NCBI RefSeq assembly: GCF_030684315.1
Contig: NC_081391.1
Coordinates: 14,113,342-14,177,341, forward strand
DNA: 64,000 bases
Reading direction: 5' to 3'
Origin: Stegostoma tigrinum
Lineage: Eukaryota
Part shown: positions 62,936 to 64,000 of the stretch, piece after piece
Layout of the letters: the number at the start of each line of letters is the position of its first letter
How positions within the stretch are numbered: position 1 is the stretch's first letter
The notes under the pieces: model-generated
The model's input: the letters and a program-made list of their open reading frames with translations, nothing else
Databases searched by the model: none
Told to the model about the DNA's origin: nothing
Translations under genes and position numbers: made by a program

Positions 62936-63518
62936 GTGAGGAAGTTCAGCGCTGGTCATCCTCGAAGTGATTAAAAACTGAACACGGAGATAAAAGTGCT
63001 GAACGTGCAGTATAATTCTCACAGCTATCTCCTGGTCCATTTACGTATAGAGCCTGAGGCCTGTTGTGTGTCTGAGACACTCAGCACCTTTCGCATTTTG
63101 ATTTTTCAATCTGGCCTACTCAGATCCACAGTCGACGAGATCTCGGCAGATTCAGAATGGATCCACGATGTACATCAGTTGTCTGTACTAAATGGTCCGT
63201 AAGCACATGGATTCTGTTGCTGTAGCGCAATAGGAAAATGTTTACTGTTGACAAAATCTGGCCATTTCTCACTGGGCTCCAACACTGTTGTTCAAAAGGT
63301 ATAAAGACTAATCCCTCAGAGTAACAAACTGACAGAATTCAGCAAATCTGTGATGAGTGTTTATTAAGAAATAGCCTCAGATACAAAAGCGAAGTTTTAG
63401 AGTGTATTTTATTCTCATTTTCAGGGAGATGTACTTCCAGAATTTGCACTTGTGCAGGAGGTCAATCAGCAATTCCATCATCGACCAGTTGTCAATTCTG
63501 ATCGGTTTCTGGATCCAA

Positions 63519-63638
63519 TTCCCATCCTGCACTGATTGGACGTGGCAGCTGATCAATTGATTAACAAGAGTGATTGGCCATCACTGATGATGTCATTTCC
63601 TGCTTCATAAAATGATGGTCTGCATTGGGGTATAAATA
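63519..63638 (+). promoter_or_regulatory. Core promoter, copy 8
   Basis: Conserved block; TATAAA at 63631-63636. Confidence 0.75.
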
Positions 63639-63733
63639 ATGTCCTAAGAGAGTGATGTTTTAGGTGTAGTTGGTTTTCTTTCCAAGTTTGTTGTTTTGTT
63701 GTGCTGGGTTAGGAAAGCTGTTTGTGTCACAAG

Positions 63734-63835
63734 ATGGCCTCCCAAATCAGTCAGAACTATCACCAGGATTGTGAAGCTGCTGTCAACAAGCAGATTAATG
63801 TGGAGCTCACTGCCTCCTATCTCTATCAGTCTTTG
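63734..63835 (+). CDS. Ferritin copy 8, exon 1 only (gene runs past the window end)
   Basis: [34 protein letters not shown] followed by donor gtgagt. Confidence 0.9.
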
Positions 63836-64000
63836 GTGAGTGCTGTCCCTGTGGTGTTGGAGTTAAATCTGTTCTGGTTAAGTGCACTGTTTTTCTTGTT
63901 TGTAACTAACTTGGAACTACTGTAGATAGTGTTTTATATTTCCCTCCTATTTAAACACCAGGAGAAATCTAATGCTATTAGAAAAATGCGGTATGACACT

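Larger units (their letters stand above)
4060..63835 (+). repeat. Tandem array of ferritin genes (8 units, ATGs at 4060, 11862, 20367, 31245, 37990, 48646, 56800, 63734)
   Basis: The same four exons, promoter block and 3' UTR recur in one orientation; unit 8 is cut off by the window end. Confidence 0.98.

Noticed and set aside
1-64000. CRISPR array or prokaryotic operon
   Set aside because: No short repeat-spacer periodicity; the DNA has spliceosomal introns and vertebrate retroelements.

Overview
Eukaryotic genomic DNA, very probably from a shark: it carries HE1/V-SINE-like and HER1/CR1-like repeats plus short Penelope-like hairpin repeats (inference from repeat content). The whole window is a head-to-tail tandem array of four-exon ferritin genes on the + strand: 7 complete copies plus exon 1 of an 8th, about 7-11 kb apart. 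Coding exons are 102/147/126/156 nt, giving a 176-aa subunit. Copies 2, 3, 4, 5 and 7 have open frames with GT-AG introns; copies 1 and 6 are pseudogenes. All 7 complete copies encode a light-chain-like dismantled ferroxidase centre (E62K and Q141E in human FTH1 numbering; E27, Y34 and E107 kept, H65 kept except in pseudogene 1). They share further FTL-type residues, and no copy has an iron-responsive element in its predicted 5' UTR. All copies share a near-invariant core promoter (two inverted CCAAT boxes, an ETS/CRE-like overlap, a TATA box); the 7 complete copies share a 3' UTR 6-bp/4-nt hairpin with compensatory changes. The array is a recombination mosaic with switch points at exons. Copy 4's promoter is sandwiched between two tail-to-tail CR1 insertions, one lying between the TATA box and the ATG. 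Most ORFs in the supplied track are noise or CR1 fragments. Coordinates were read by eye and no database search was run.
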